The notes: generated by a model not told the origin, from the letters alone. A stretch of 64,000 nucleotides of DNA from Candidatus Latescibacterota bacterium (GCA_963707635.1 OY970173.1:512001-576000), one strand, 5' to 3'; shown: positions 37,537-51,251, counted from the first letter of the stretch. Numbers and translations are program-made.

Positions 37537-38696
37537 TCTCCGGCCTCCACGAACAGCGGTTGCCCCGCGGTATCGCGTGCGAGCACATCGTCGATGATCG
37601 ACGTCACGTGCGCGGGGCGGATGTCGCCGCCCCCCAGGCCGACGAGATAGCCCTGCACGAGTGCCTCGGGGTCGGCGAAACCGCGCACCTCTCCCCACAC
37701 GATGCCGCCGAGGCCGGGGGAGCTGTCGCGGTCGATGACGGCGACGCGCGGGCGTCCAGCGAGGTGCGCGCGAAGCTCCGATTCCGGAAGAGGCCGGAAC
37801 ATGCGCAGCCGGAGCGCTCCAGCGCGCACGCCGCGCAGACGGGCCGCGTCCACGGCGGCGCGCACCGTGCTGGCAGTCGTGCCCATCGACAGGATCACGA
37901 CCTCCGCGTCGTCCATGCGGTACGGCACCACCGCGTCCGCCGGCCGTCGCCCGAAGCGCGCTTCGAACTCGTCCTGCGCTTTCGCGTACACCGCCGGCAC
38001 GCGCGCCATCGCCTCCATGTGTTGCTGGCGATGCATCTCGGTCTCGTGGGGGAAGTCGAGGCCGCCGACCACGCGGGAGCGGTCGGTCACGCGGTGCGGC
38101 AGATCGAGCAGCGGCAGAAACGCATCCACCTGTTCCTGGGTGGCGATGTCGGTCATCATCATCGTGTGCGAGAGGACGAACGCGTCCTGGCACACCATGA
38201 CCGGCATCATCACATCCGGGTCCTCGGCGAGGCGGTAGGCGAGCAGGATGGAGTCGAACACTTCCTGGTTGTCTTCGCAGTAGAGCTGGATCCATCCGCT
38301 GTCGCGCAGCATCAGCGTGTCGCCGTGGTCCACCCAGATGTTCCATGGGGGGCCCAGCGTCCGGTTCACGGCCATCATCACGACCGGCAGCCGGAAGAAC
38401 CCGGCCGCGAATACGTTTTCCGCCATGTAGGCGAGTCCGTTGGACGACGACGCGGTGAAGGTCCGCGCCCCGGAGAGCGACGCCCCGATGCAGACTCCCA
38501 TCGCGCTGTGCTCGCTCTCGACGCGGACGACCTACCCCTTCTCGATGACCTGCTCGCAGAGCTTCTCGATGCATTCGGTTTGCGGCGTGATCGGGTACAC
38601 GCCGCTGCAGAAGCCGCGCGCGGCGCGGTTGGCGCGCGCCGCGAGCGTGGCGGCGACGGCGGTGGCGTGATTGGCGCTCAACAGTTGCATGCTCAT
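37533..38696 (-). pseudogene. porA: pyruvate/2-oxoacid oxidoreductase alpha subunit with an in-frame TAG at 38532-38534
   Basis: YPITPQT...EKG*VVRVESEHSAM, TASSSNGL, NRTLGPP and RMFRPLP. The frame is continuous across the stop. Confidence 0.85.
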
Positions 38697-40909
38697 AGCG
38701 GAAACATCTCCATCGCGCCCCGCGGGCACTCGGCCACGCAGATGCCGCACCCCTTGCAGTAGTCCAGATTGATCTCGTAGCTGCCGTCCGCGAGGCGCTC
38801 GATGACGCCCTCGGGGCAGTAGACGAGGCAGGTGTCGCAGTTCGTGCAGTGACCGCACGAGAAACAGCGCTCGGCTTCGCGCCGGTCCACGAGGCCCTGG
38901 TTGGTTTCCAGGAAGCTCCGCACGCGGGAGCTGACCGGCTGGTGGCGTTCCTCCGCAGGCGGTCGCGAGTCGAAATGTGACAGGCGGAGATTCCCGATCG
39001 GCACGGCCGACGCCTTGCTCGGCCGGGTGAAGATCTCCACGTGCTCGCCCAGCGCGGCGAGCGCGCGGCCGGCGGCGCGCCGGCCGTCGCCGATGGCGTG
39101 CGCGACGGTGCCTTCGCCGGTCGAGTAGTCGCCGGCGACGAAGAGACACGTGTCGACTCCAGCCACGCGCACACGGCCGTCGATGACCTGGGCGTTGGCG
39201 GGCAGGAGCGCCGGGTCCGCCGACTGACCGAGCGCGAGAAGCACGTGGTCGCACGCGACCCGCGCCGTGCGACCACTCATCACGGGACGGCGCCGGCCGC
39301 TCTCGTCCGGCGGTCCCATCTCGATTTCGGCCAGCTCCAGTTCGGCCGCGCGGCCGTTCCCGTGGATCGCCACCGGCGCCCGCTGGAACACGAACTCCAC
39401 GCCCTCGCGCTCCGATTCGTCGATCTCCTCGAGAATGGCGGGCATGTCGGCGCGCGTGCGCCGGTAGGCGACGCTCACGCGCGCGGCCCCGGAGCGAAGC
39501 GCGCTGCGCGCGCAGTCCATCGCGGTGTTCCCCCCGCCCAGCACGACCACGTGACCGGCCACGGCCCGGCCGCCTTCGAGGTTGACGCGGTGCAGGAAGC
39601 GCGTGCCGTCCTCGACCCCCGCGAGCGATACGCCCGGAACATCGAGCCGGGTCGAGCGCGCAAAACCAGCGGCGATGATCACGGCGTCGTAGCGAGCCGC
39701 GAGATCGTCGATCCGCGCCCGGTCCAGAAACTCACCCGTGCGGACGTCGACGCCAAGCGCCACGATCGCGCCGATCTCGCGGTCGAGGACGTCACGCGGG
39801 AGGCGGTAGGTCGGGATTCCCGTGCGCAGGACACCGCCCAGCTCGTCTTCGCCCTCGAACAACGTGACGAAGTGACCGCGGCGCGCCAGCTCATACGCGG
39901 CGCTCAACCCGGCCGGGCCGCTTCCCACAACGGCGATGCGGCGCGGCTGCTGCGAGCGGTTCGCCTCGTCGTCGGGCAGGACGGCCGGGCTGTGGTCGCC
40001 GATCCAACGCTCGAGCGCGCGAATGTTGACCGCGCCATCGTAGTTGGTGCGGCTGCAGCCGATCATGCACGGCGCGGGGCAGACGCGGCCGCACACCGAG
40101 GCCAGCGGTTGCGTCCGGCGCAGCACCTTCGCCGCGGCTTCTTCCCCTTCCTTCAGTAGAGTTTGAATGAATGTGATGACGTCGTTGCCGGCGGGGCAGA
40201 AGGCGTTGCACGGCGCCGGGTGGTCGAGATAGCGGGGCAGCTGGGTGCGCCACGAGCCGGTCTTGAGACCGGTGCGCGGACCCTCCGTGTGCGCGGTGAG
40301 CGGAAGCACGTCCGAACCGTGCGACGGCAGCGGCGCGGGCTCCGGCGGCGCGCCGGCGGCCGATGCTTCGCCGATCGCCACATGTTCGTACGCTTCGCGC
40401 GCGGCGGTGAGGTTCCCGTGCAGGTGAAGGTCGCGATACGCGCATTCGAGGGCGTCGATCGGGAGTCCGACCACGCGCGCGTATGCGCCGGCGATGGTCG
40501 TGTTGACGATGACAACGGAGCGAGTGCCGATCCCGTGGCGGCGGGCGATCGCGGTGGCGTCGATGGTGGCCACGCGGAACCTCGCGAAACGCCCGGCGAA
40601 TGCGCCCGGAGAGTCGGTGGTATTGATCAGCAGCAACCCGCCGGGCGAGAGCCCTGCGACGACCTCGTCGCCGAGCAGCGTGGGGTCGAGGACCAGGAGA
40701 TGGTCGGGGCGATAGACCTTGTTGCGGTTGGTGATCGGGTGGTCGCCGACGCGGGTGTAGGCGCGAATCGGCGCGCCGGACCGTTCACCGGCGTAATCCC
40801 CGAAGGTCTGCACGCTCTTTCCGAGGCGCGCATACATCGCGGCCAAGATCTTGGCGCACGTCACCCCGCCCTGTCCGCCGCGACCATGAAGCCGGATTTC
40901 TAGTGTCAT
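38693..40909 (-). CDS. fusion of oxidoreductase gamma subunit, GltD/NfnB-like FAD/NAD(P) oxidoreductase and delta (2x4Fe-4S) subunit
   Basis: EIRLHGRGGQG/ERSGAP (PorC); KTGSWR; PC...CP, CGRVCPAPC, GSGPAG, GGGNTAMD, YRR (GltD-like); CTNCDTC..CP and DYCKGCGICVAECP (PorD). Confidence 0.88.
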   Translation of the reverse strand: MTLEIRLHGRGGQGGVTCAKILAAMYARLGKSVQTFGDYAGERSGAPIRAYTRVGDHPITNRNKVYRPDHLLVLDPTLLGDEVVAGLSPGGLLLINTTDSPGAFAGRFARFRVATIDATAIARRHGIGTRSVVIVNTTIAGAYARVVGLPIDALECAYRDLHLHGNLTAAREAYEHVAIGEASAAGAPPEPAPLPSHGSDVLPLTAHTEGPRTGLKTGSWRTQLPRYLDHPAPCNAFCPAGNDVITFIQTLLKEGEEAAAKVLRRTQPLASVCGRVCPAPCMIGCSRTNYDGAVNIRALERWIGDHSPAVLPDDEANRSQQPRRIAVVGSGPAGLSAAYELARRGHFVTLFEGEDELGGVLRTGIPTYRLPRDVLDREIGAIVALGVDVRTGEFLDRARIDDLAARYDAVIIAAGFARSTRLDVPGVSLAGVEDGTRFLHRVNLEGGRAVAGHVVVLGGGNTAMDCARSALRSGAARVSVAYRRTRADMPAILEEIDESEREGVEFVFQRAPVAIHGNGRAAELELAEIEMGPPDESGRRRPVMSGRTARVACDHVLLALGQSADPALLPANAQVIDGRVRVAGVDTCLFVAGDYSTGEGTVAHAIGDGRRAAGRALAALGEHVEIFTRPSKASAVPIGNLRLSHFDSRPPAEERHQPVSSRVRSFLETNQGLVDRREAERCFSCGHCTNCDTCLVYCPEGVIERLADGSYEINLDYCKGCGICVAECPRGAMEMFPL

Positions 40910-41132
40910 GGGCCGTCCCTTTCGCTCACCTGATAGTATAATCATTCAGGACCCAGTTGTCCTTTATTTTGATTGCCTGCAGGGATTCAATGCACTACAC
41001 TGCGATTGAGTACTGGAAGGCGGGTCGTGTTCTAGGCTGTCTCCAGGGCTGAAAGGCTATATAATGCCGCAAGTTACGAACATCCGCCGGAAGCGTCCGT
41101 CCCCGCAGGCGGTGGACCCGGAGCGCCACGCG

Positions 41133-44747
<3,615 letters not shown>

Positions 44748-44751
<4 letters not shown>

Positions 44752-45764
44752 TCGATCTCACGACTTCGTATCTGGGCCTGAAGCTCAAGAACCCGCTCGT
44801 GCATTCGGCGTCGCCGCTCTCCGAGAACGTCGATACCATGAAGCGCCTCGAGGACGCGGGTTCGTCCGCTATCGTGATGCACTCGCTCTTCGAAGAACAG
44901 ATCACGCACGAGAGCCGCCAGCTGGACCACTATCTGAGCTACGGCACCGAGAGCCAGGCGGAAGCGCGCTCGTACTTTCCGGAGGCGAACAGCTACCGGG
45001 TGGGGCCGGACGGATACCTGGAGAAGATTCGCCTGGCGAAGGCCGCGCTCGCCATCCCGGTGATCGGAAGCTTGAACGGCGTGTCGCGCGGGGGGTGGGT
45101 CGAGTACGCGCGTCTAATCCAGCAGGCGGGAGCCGACGCGCTCGAGCTCAACATCTACATGATTCCAACCGACCCGGAGATGTCAGGCCCGGAAGTGGAG
45201 CAGTTGTACGTCGACACGGTCGCGGCCGTCCGCGCCGAGGTGACGATTCCGCTAGCGGTGAAGGTATCGCCGTACTTCTCGGCGATGGCGAACATGGCGA
45301 AGCGCCTGGAGGCTGCCGGCGCCGACGGGCTCGTACTGTTCAATCGCTTCTACCAGCCGGACTTCGACCTGGAGGCTCTGGAGGTCGTCCCGCACCTGGT
45401 GTTGAGCACGTCCTGGGAGATGCGCCTCCCGCTGCGCTGGGTGGCGATCCTGTACGGGCGCGTCGACGTCGATTTCGCGATCACCAGCGGCGTGCATTCG
45501 CACGAGGACGTGATCAAGGGCGTGATGGCGGGTGCCAGTGCGACCATGATGACCTCCGCCGTTCTCCAGAACGGCGTTTCCCACGTGCGGGTCGTGGTGG
45601 ACGGGCTCGCGCGCTGGATGAAAGAAAGAGAATACGCTTCGATCGCGCAGATGCGCGGAAGCATGAGCCAGAAGCACGTCAAGGAACCGGCGGCGTTCGA
45701 GCGCGCGAACTACATGAAGATGCTGCATTCGTGGCAGTCGGATCCAACCGGATTCCTCCCCTAA
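44748..45764 (+). CDS. dihydroorotate dehydrogenase-like flavoprotein (nifJ-associated type)
   Basis: [45 protein letters not shown] and FERANYMK. Confidence 0.88.
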
Positions 45765-45770
45765 GGAGCA

Positions 45771-47444
45771 ATGACCATGAACAGACGCTCTCCCGGCGCG
45801 CGTACCCGCGCCACCGACTTTCCCCGCGGCGTCGACCTTTTGCACGACCCGCTCCTCAACAAGGGAACCGCCTTCACCGAGGCGGAGCGCGACGCGCTGG
45901 GGCTGCGCGGCCTGTTGCCGTCGCGCCCGGCGACGATGGTGGAGCAGGTGGAGCGCGTGATGTCGAACTATCGGGCGAAACCCAACGACCTCGAGAAGTA
46001 CATCTACCTCACCTCGCTCCACGATCGCAACGAGACTCTCTTCTACCGGGTGGTGGTCGATCATATCGACGAGCTGATGCCGGTCATCTATACCCCGACG
46101 GTCGGCAAGGCGTGCCAGGTCTACGGGCAAATATTTCGCCGCGCGCGCGGTCTGTTCATCACCGCCGACGACCGGGGCCGGGTGCGCCGGGTGCTGGACA
46201 ACTGGCCGCACGAGAACGTGCGCGCGATTGTCGTCACCGACGGGGAGCGCATCCTCGGTTTGGGAGACCTGGGGGCGAACGGGATGGGGATTCCCGTCGG
46301 AAAACTTTCGCTCTACACGGCGTGCGCCGGCGTGCACCCGGCGATCACGCTGCCGGTGACGATCGACGTCGGCACCGACAACGTGTCTCTGCTCGAGGGA
46401 CCGCTGTACCTCGGGCTGCGCCGGCGGCGCCTGCGCGGCCCCGACTACGACGCGCTGATCGGCGAGTTCGTGGACGCGGCCAACGCGCGCTGGCCGGGCG
46501 TGCTCATCCAGTTCGAGGACTTCGGGAACCAGAACGCGTTCCGTCTGCTCGCGGCATACCGCGAGCGGGTATGCACGTTCAACGACGACATCCAGGGGAC
46601 CGCCGCGGTGACGCTGGCGGGGCTGTTTTCGGCCATGCGCAGCACCGGCGGCGATCTGCGCCGGCAGCGATTCCTGTTTCTGGGCGCGGGAGAGGCGGGG
46701 GTTGGAATCGCGGACCTCATCGTTTCGACCCTGGTCGATCTGGGGCTGCCCAAAGACGAGGCGCGGCGCGCGTGCTGGCTCGTCGACTCGAAGGGACTCG
46801 TGGTGGCCAGCCGGACGGACCTCGCCGAACACAAGCGGCACTACGCCCACGACGCGCCGGGCGCGGCCGACCTGCTGTCCGCGATTCACGCGGTCAACCC
46901 CACTGCGCTCATCGGAGTCAGCGGCCAGCCGGGGACCTTCACGCGCCCCGTGCTGGAGAAGATGGCCGAGATCAATCCGCGGCCGATCGTCTTCGCCCTC
47001 TCCAACCCGACCGCGAATTCGGAGTGCACGGCGGAGGAAGCCTACACGTGGACGAAAGGACGGGTGCTGTTTGCGAGCGGGAGCCCGTTCCCGACCGTCG
47101 CCCTGGAGGGCAAGCGGTACGAACCGGGCCAGGCCAACAACGCCTACGTGTTCCCGGGGCTGGCGCTGGGCGTGATCGTGAGCCACGCGAGCCGAGTCAC
47201 CGACGAGATGTTCGCAGCGGCCGCGCGCACGCTGGCCGACACGGTGTCGAAAGACGCGCTCGCGTCCGGGCTGCTCTTCCCGCCGCTGTCGTCGATCCGC
47301 GAGGTGTCGGTGAAGATCGCCAGCGCGGTGGCGCGGGTGGCGATCGAACGCGGGCTCTCGACCACGCCGCCGGCGGCGGCCGAGCGCATGGAGCTGCTCA
47401 TCCGGGCGCAGATGTTCGAACCGGTGTATCAGAGCTATGTTTGA
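45771..47444 (+). CDS. maeA: NAD(P)-dependent malic enzyme
   Basis: NKGTAFT, IYTPTVG, VTDGERILGLGDLG, QFEDF, FNDDIQGT, GAGEAG, LSNPT and GQANN. Confidence 0.95.
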   Translation: MTMNRRSPGARTRATDFPRGVDLLHDPLLNKGTAFTEAERDALGLRGLLPSRPATMVEQVERVMSNYRAKPNDLEKYIYLTSLHDRNETLFYRVVVDHIDELMPVIYTPTVGKACQVYGQIFRRARGLFITADDRGRVRRVLDNWPHENVRAIVVTDGERILGLGDLGANGMGIPVGKLSLYTACAGVHPAITLPVTIDVGTDNVSLLEGPLYLGLRRRRLRGPDYDALIGEFVDAANARWPGVLIQFEDFGNQNAFRLLAAYRERVCTFNDDIQGTAAVTLAGLFSAMRSTGGDLRRQRFLFLGAGEAGVGIADLIVSTLVDLGLPKDEARRACWLVDSKGLVVASRTDLAEHKRHYAHDAPGAADLLSAIHAVNPTALIGVSGQPGTFTRPVLEKMAEINPRPIVFALSNPTANSECTAEEAYTWTKGRVLFASGSPFPTVALEGKRYEPGQANNAYVFPGLALGVIVSHASRVTDEMFAAAARTLADTVSKDALASGLLFPPLSSIREVSVKIASAVARVAIERGLSTTPPAAAERMELLIRAQMFEPVYQSYV

Positions 47445-47562
47445 TGAACTTCGCGGGTCCTGTCGCCGACAGCCCGGGGCGGCTCGCTTCGTCCGCGCCT
47501 ACGCACTAGACTCGCTCACCGGCCCGGGCGCCCGCCGGCGCCACCCGCGAGTGCTCGCAAAA

Positions 47563-47580
47563 ATGATGCAAATGCATCAT
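47563..47580. promoter_or_regulatory. palindromic operator ATGATGCA-AA-TGCATCAT
   Basis: A perfect 8-bp inverted repeat, AT-rich in a GC-rich intergenic region. Confidence 0.65.
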
Positions 47581-47717
47581 GGCAAGAGCCTGACTTTCGG
47601 GCCATGCTTGGGACACCTCACCAAGGCTCGCATCAACGCGGCCGATCTCGATCTGGACGTCAATTTCTAGACACCGATCGGGATTCCAGCGTGTACGGCG
47701 CCGGGTCAATCTTCCTA

Positions 47718-47744
47718 GCGGACCGGCGCCGTCCGCGCTTTTTT
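47718..47744 (+). terminator. putative rho-independent terminator
   Basis: GCGGAC-7nt-GTCCGC followed by gcTTTTTT. Confidence 0.55.
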
Positions 47745-47772
47745 GTGCTATTATCGCCGTGGCCGCCGCTCC

Positions 47773-48438
47773 ATGGCGAACACCCCACCCGATAGTGCCC
47801 CCGGCGCCGAGGGATCCTCCCAGGTTCCGTCCTGGGTGCACTCGATGGCGCTCCCGGTCTGGATCACCGACGCGCACGGGACCATCTCCTACATGAACAC
47901 GCGCGCCGAAGCGCTCTTCGGCCACACGTTTCTCGAGTGGTCGGGGAAAGCGTGCCACGCGTGCGTTCGCGGCCGGACTCAAGGCGGTGCATTCTGCTGC
48001 CCGCGGTGTCGCGCCCGCCAGGACGCGGACGAGGGCCGCGAAATCGGGCCCATCCGAATGCACGTGTCTTCGACGCCCGAACCCCGCGACGTGGACATCG
48101 TGATCATCGCCGTGGAGGGCGCCGGCGGCCCACTGCTCGTGCACTGCGTGCTCGACGACGAGCGGGAGCGCCGCCTGCAACGGTTTCTCACCGGCGTCAT
48201 GCACCGAAGCGAGCGCCCCGGGGCGGCGCGGGTATTGCGCGACGCCGCGCTGACGCAGCGGGAGCAGGAGATTCTGTCGCTGATCGCCGCGGACCGGACT
48301 CTCCGTCAGATCGCGGATGAACTGTCCATCAGCTACGCGACGGTGCGAAACCACGTGGCGCACATTCTCCCCAAACTCGGCGTGCACTCCATCCTGGAGG
48401 CCGCGGCCGTGTGGTTGCTGCGGTACGAGAGGCGCTGA
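47773..48438 (+). CDS. PAS-LuxR HTH transcriptional regulator with a Cys cluster
   Basis: PAS (WITDAHGTISYMNTRAEALFG), CHAC-x10-CCPRC and LuxR HTH (LTQREQEIL..IADELSISYATVRNHVAHI). Confidence 0.88.
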   Translation: MANTPPDSAPGAEGSSQVPSWVHSMALPVWITDAHGTISYMNTRAEALFGHTFLEWSGKACHACVRGRTQGGAFCCPRCRARQDADEGREIGPIRMHVSSTPEPRDVDIVIIAVEGAGGPLLVHCVLDDERERRLQRFLTGVMHRSERPGAARVLRDAALTQREQEILSLIAADRTLRQIADELSISYATVRNHVAHILPKLGVHSILEAAAVWLLRYERR

Positions 48439-48522
48439 ACCGACGACACAAGGCATCCGCCCGAGGTTGATCGCCCCCGGCGCTTCGACTACACTTCGCG
48501 TTTGCCTGCTTCCGGAGGTTTC

Positions 48523-49569
48523 ATGACCCCCAATCGCCTGCTGGCATCGGCGCGGGTGGCCGCGGCGCTCCTCGTCCTCGGGGGATGCGGCTGCAACCGC
48601 GGTCCGGGCACCGTGTCCTCCGTCATTCGCGTCGGCTACTTCGCGAATCTCACCCACGCGCAGGCGCTCGTCGGCCTGGCCGAGGGCGACTTCGCGCGCG
48701 CTCTCGGTGCGCGCGCCACCATCGAGACCACGGTGTTCAACGCGGGACCGTCGGTGGTCGAGGCGATCTTCGCGAAGCAGATCGACCTTGCCTACATCGG
48801 CCCCAACCCCGCGATCAACGGGTTCGTGCAATCCCACGGCGAGGCGCTTCGGATCGTGGCGGGCGCCACCAGCGGCGGCGCCGCTTTCGTCGTTCGCCCC
48901 GACGCGCGCATCGCCGAGCCGGCCGACCTGGCGGGGAAGCGCATCGCCACGCCCCAGCTCGGCAACACCCAGGACGTGGCGCTGCGCGCGTACCTGGCGT
49001 CGCACGGACTCAAGACCCGGGAGAAAGGCGGCGACGTCGAGGTGATCCCGACCTCGAACGCCCAGATCATCGATTTCGTGAAGCAGGGGCAGATCGACGG
49101 CGCGTGGGTTCCGGAACCGTGGGCAAGCCGTCTGGTGATGGAAGCGGGCTGCACCGTGCTGGTCGACGAGCGCGACCTCTGGCCCGGTGGCGATTTCGTC
49201 ACGGCGCACGTGGTCGTGCGCAAGGCGTACCTCGACGCGCACCGCGACGTCGTCAAAGCCTGGATCGACGCGCACGTGGCGGTGACGCAGCGGCTCCTCG
49301 CCGAACCGGTCGCGGCGCAGTCGGTGCTCAACCGCGAGATCGAGCGGCTCACCGGCAAGTCGATCCCGCCGGAGGTGCTGACGCGGGCGTGGTCGTCCAT
49401 GCGCCCGACGTGGGACCCGATCGCGCCGTCGCTGTTCGCGTGCGCGACCGCCGCACGGGCCGCGGGGTTTCTCGATGAAGACGCCAGCCTCGCCGGCATC
49501 TATGACCTTTCACTCCTGAACGACGTGCTGCGCGGGAAGGGACTGCCCGAAGTCCCGGCCCCGCAATAA
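48523..49569 (+). CDS. NitT/TauT/SsuA-family ABC transporter substrate-binding lipoprotein
   Basis: GYFANLTHAQAL, FNAGP, YIGPNPAIN, TPQLGNTQDVALR and PEPWASRL. Confidence 0.9.
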   Translation: MTPNRLLASARVAAALLVLGGCGCNRGPGTVSSVIRVGYFANLTHAQALVGLAEGDFARALGARATIETTVFNAGPSVVEAIFAKQIDLAYIGPNPAINGFVQSHGEALRIVAGATSGGAAFVVRPDARIAEPADLAGKRIATPQLGNTQDVALRAYLASHGLKTREKGGDVEVIPTSNAQIIDFVKQGQIDGAWVPEPWASRLVMEAGCTVLVDERDLWPGGDFVTAHVVVRKAYLDAHRDVVKAWIDAHVAVTQRLLAEPVAAQSVLNREIERLTGKSIPPEVLTRAWSSMRPTWDPIAPSLFACATAARAAGFLDEDASLAGIYDLSLLNDVLRGKGLPEVPAPQ

Positions 49570-49578
49570 CGGATCCGC

Positions 49579-50352
49579 ATGCAGCTCGAGCTCCGTGGAG
49601 TCAAACGTACTTTCGACGCGCGCGACGGCAACACCGTCTCCGCGCTCGAACGGATCGACCTGGTGGTGCGCGCCGGCGAATTCGTGTGCGTGATCGGTCC
49701 GTCGGGGTGCGGAAAGACCACGCTGCTCAATCTCCTGGCCGGTCTCGATTCGCCCAGCGAGGGCGAAGTATTCGCGGGTGGCGAGCTCGTCCGCGGCACC
49801 GACCCGACCCGCGTCCTCATCTTCCAGGAAGCGTCGCTCTTCCCATGGCTCAGCGTGCAAGCCAACGTCGAGTTCGGCCTGCGTATGCGCGGGATGCCGC
49901 GCGAAGAACGCGAGGCGGTCACGAAACGGCTTCTCGAGATGGTCCACCTCACGCAGTTTGCCCACGCGTTCGTCCACGAGCTCTCCGGGGGAATGAAGCA
50001 GCGCGTCGCGATCGCGCGCGCGCTCGCGGTCGATCCGAAGGTGCTGCTGCTCGACGAGCCGTTCGGCGCGCTCGACGCGATGACGCGCGACATCCTGCAC
50101 ACCGAGCTCCAGGACGTGTGGATGCGCACGAAGAAGACCATCGTGTTCGTGACCCACAACGTGCGCGAAGCGGTGGTCCTCGGCGACCGCGTGCTGGTGA
50201 TGTCGCCGCGGCCGGGGCGTCTCGTTTCGGAACACGTGATCGACCTCCCGCGCCCGCGCCGGATCGACGACGACGCGACCGTGCGCCTGGCGCGGCGCAT
50301 TTCGGCCGACCTGACCCTCGCCCCGAGGACGGATGATGCGCCCGCCCGGTAG
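49579..50352 (+). CDS. NitT/TauT-family ABC transporter ATP-binding protein
   Basis: GPSGCGKTT, LFPWL, LSGGMKQR, DEPFGALD and VTHNVREA. Confidence 0.92.
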   Translation: MQLELRGVKRTFDARDGNTVSALERIDLVVRAGEFVCVIGPSGCGKTTLLNLLAGLDSPSEGEVFAGGELVRGTDPTRVLIFQEASLFPWLSVQANVEFGLRMRGMPREEREAVTKRLLEMVHLTQFAHAFVHELSGGMKQRVAIARALAVDPKVLLLDEPFGALDAMTRDILHTELQDVWMRTKKTIVFVTHNVREAVVLGDRVLVMSPRPGRLVSEHVIDLPRPRRIDDDATVRLARRISADLTLAPRTDDAPAR

Positions 50353-51121
50353 CAGCCCCGTGCAACCGCACCGCCGCTGGGCGGTGCGCGTGGTGTTCTT
50401 CGCGGGCGTGATCGCCGCGTGGGAGATGCTCGCCCGCGCGCAGCTGTGGCCGGATTATCTGTTTCCGTCCGCCTCGCGCGTGCTGGGAGCACTCGTGCAC
50501 GGCTTCGCAGACCGGTCGTACCCGATCGGGATCGCGGGGAGCGTCTGGCGACTCGTGCAGGGCTACGCGATCGCGCTGGCCGGTGGTCTTGTGCTGGGCA
50601 TGCTGATGGCCCAGATCCGCTGGCTCAAGGACACGGTGGGGCTGCTGGTAATGGGACTCCAGGCGCTCCCCAGCATCTGCTGGCTGCCGCTCGCGATCCT
50701 GTGGTTCGGGCTCAACGAGCACGCGATCCTGTTCGTGGTGATCATGGGCGCGGTCATGTCGATCGCGCAATCGACCGAGGACGGCGTGCGCAACACCCCA
50801 CCCGTGTACCTGCGCGCTGCCCGGAATCTCGGCGCCGTGGGCCCGCGCCTGTACACCGCGGTCATCTTCCCCGCGGCGCTGCCGTCGATCGTGACCGGGA
50901 TGAAAATGGGCTGGGCGTTCGCGTGGCGGTCGCTGATGGCGGGCGAGCTGCTCTACACGCTACCCGGGCTGGGAAACCTGCTGAACATGGGGCGCGAGTT
51001 GAACGACATGGCGCAGGTGGTGGCGGTGATTCTGGTGATCGTCACGATAGGCCTCGTCGCGGACAAGGTGGTGTTCGGCAACATCGAGAAGCGCGTGCGC
51101 GGGCGCTGGGGACTGCACTAG
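50333..51121 (+). CDS. NitT/TauT-family ABC transporter permease
   Basis: LQALPSICWLPLAILWFG, PAALPSIVTG and WRSLMAGE. Confidence 0.9.
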   Translation: MMRPPGSSPVQPHRRWAVRVVFFAGVIAAWEMLARAQLWPDYLFPSASRVLGALVHGFADRSYPIGIAGSVWRLVQGYAIALAGGLVLGMLMAQIRWLKDTVGLLVMGLQALPSICWLPLAILWFGLNEHAILFVVIMGAVMSIAQSTEDGVRNTPPVYLRAARNLGAVGPRLYTAVIFPAALPSIVTGMKMGWAFAWRSLMAGELLYTLPGLGNLLNMGRELNDMAQVVAVILVIVTIGLVADKVVFGNIEKRVRGRWGLH

Positions 51122-51251
51122 TCGTTGTCACGCGACGGGAGGGCTCACCACGCCGCGATCAACAACGCCGCGGGTGGCATCGAGACGGGGTTCCCCGCGG
51201 GGCGAAGCCCGCGGGGTGGCGAGATGACAGGACCCGCGGGGCCGACAAACA

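Noticed and set aside
36595..39276. 893-aa ORF as one protein (likewise 13994..15940, 15852..17762, 52267..54618, 59029..60858)
   Set aside because: Only the C-terminal parts are real genes. The upstream parts are off-frame read-throughs of neighbouring genes.
47950..48010. CHAC motif in the PAS-LuxR protein as a heme c attachment site
   Set aside because: It is not CxxCH and the protein is cytoplasmic.
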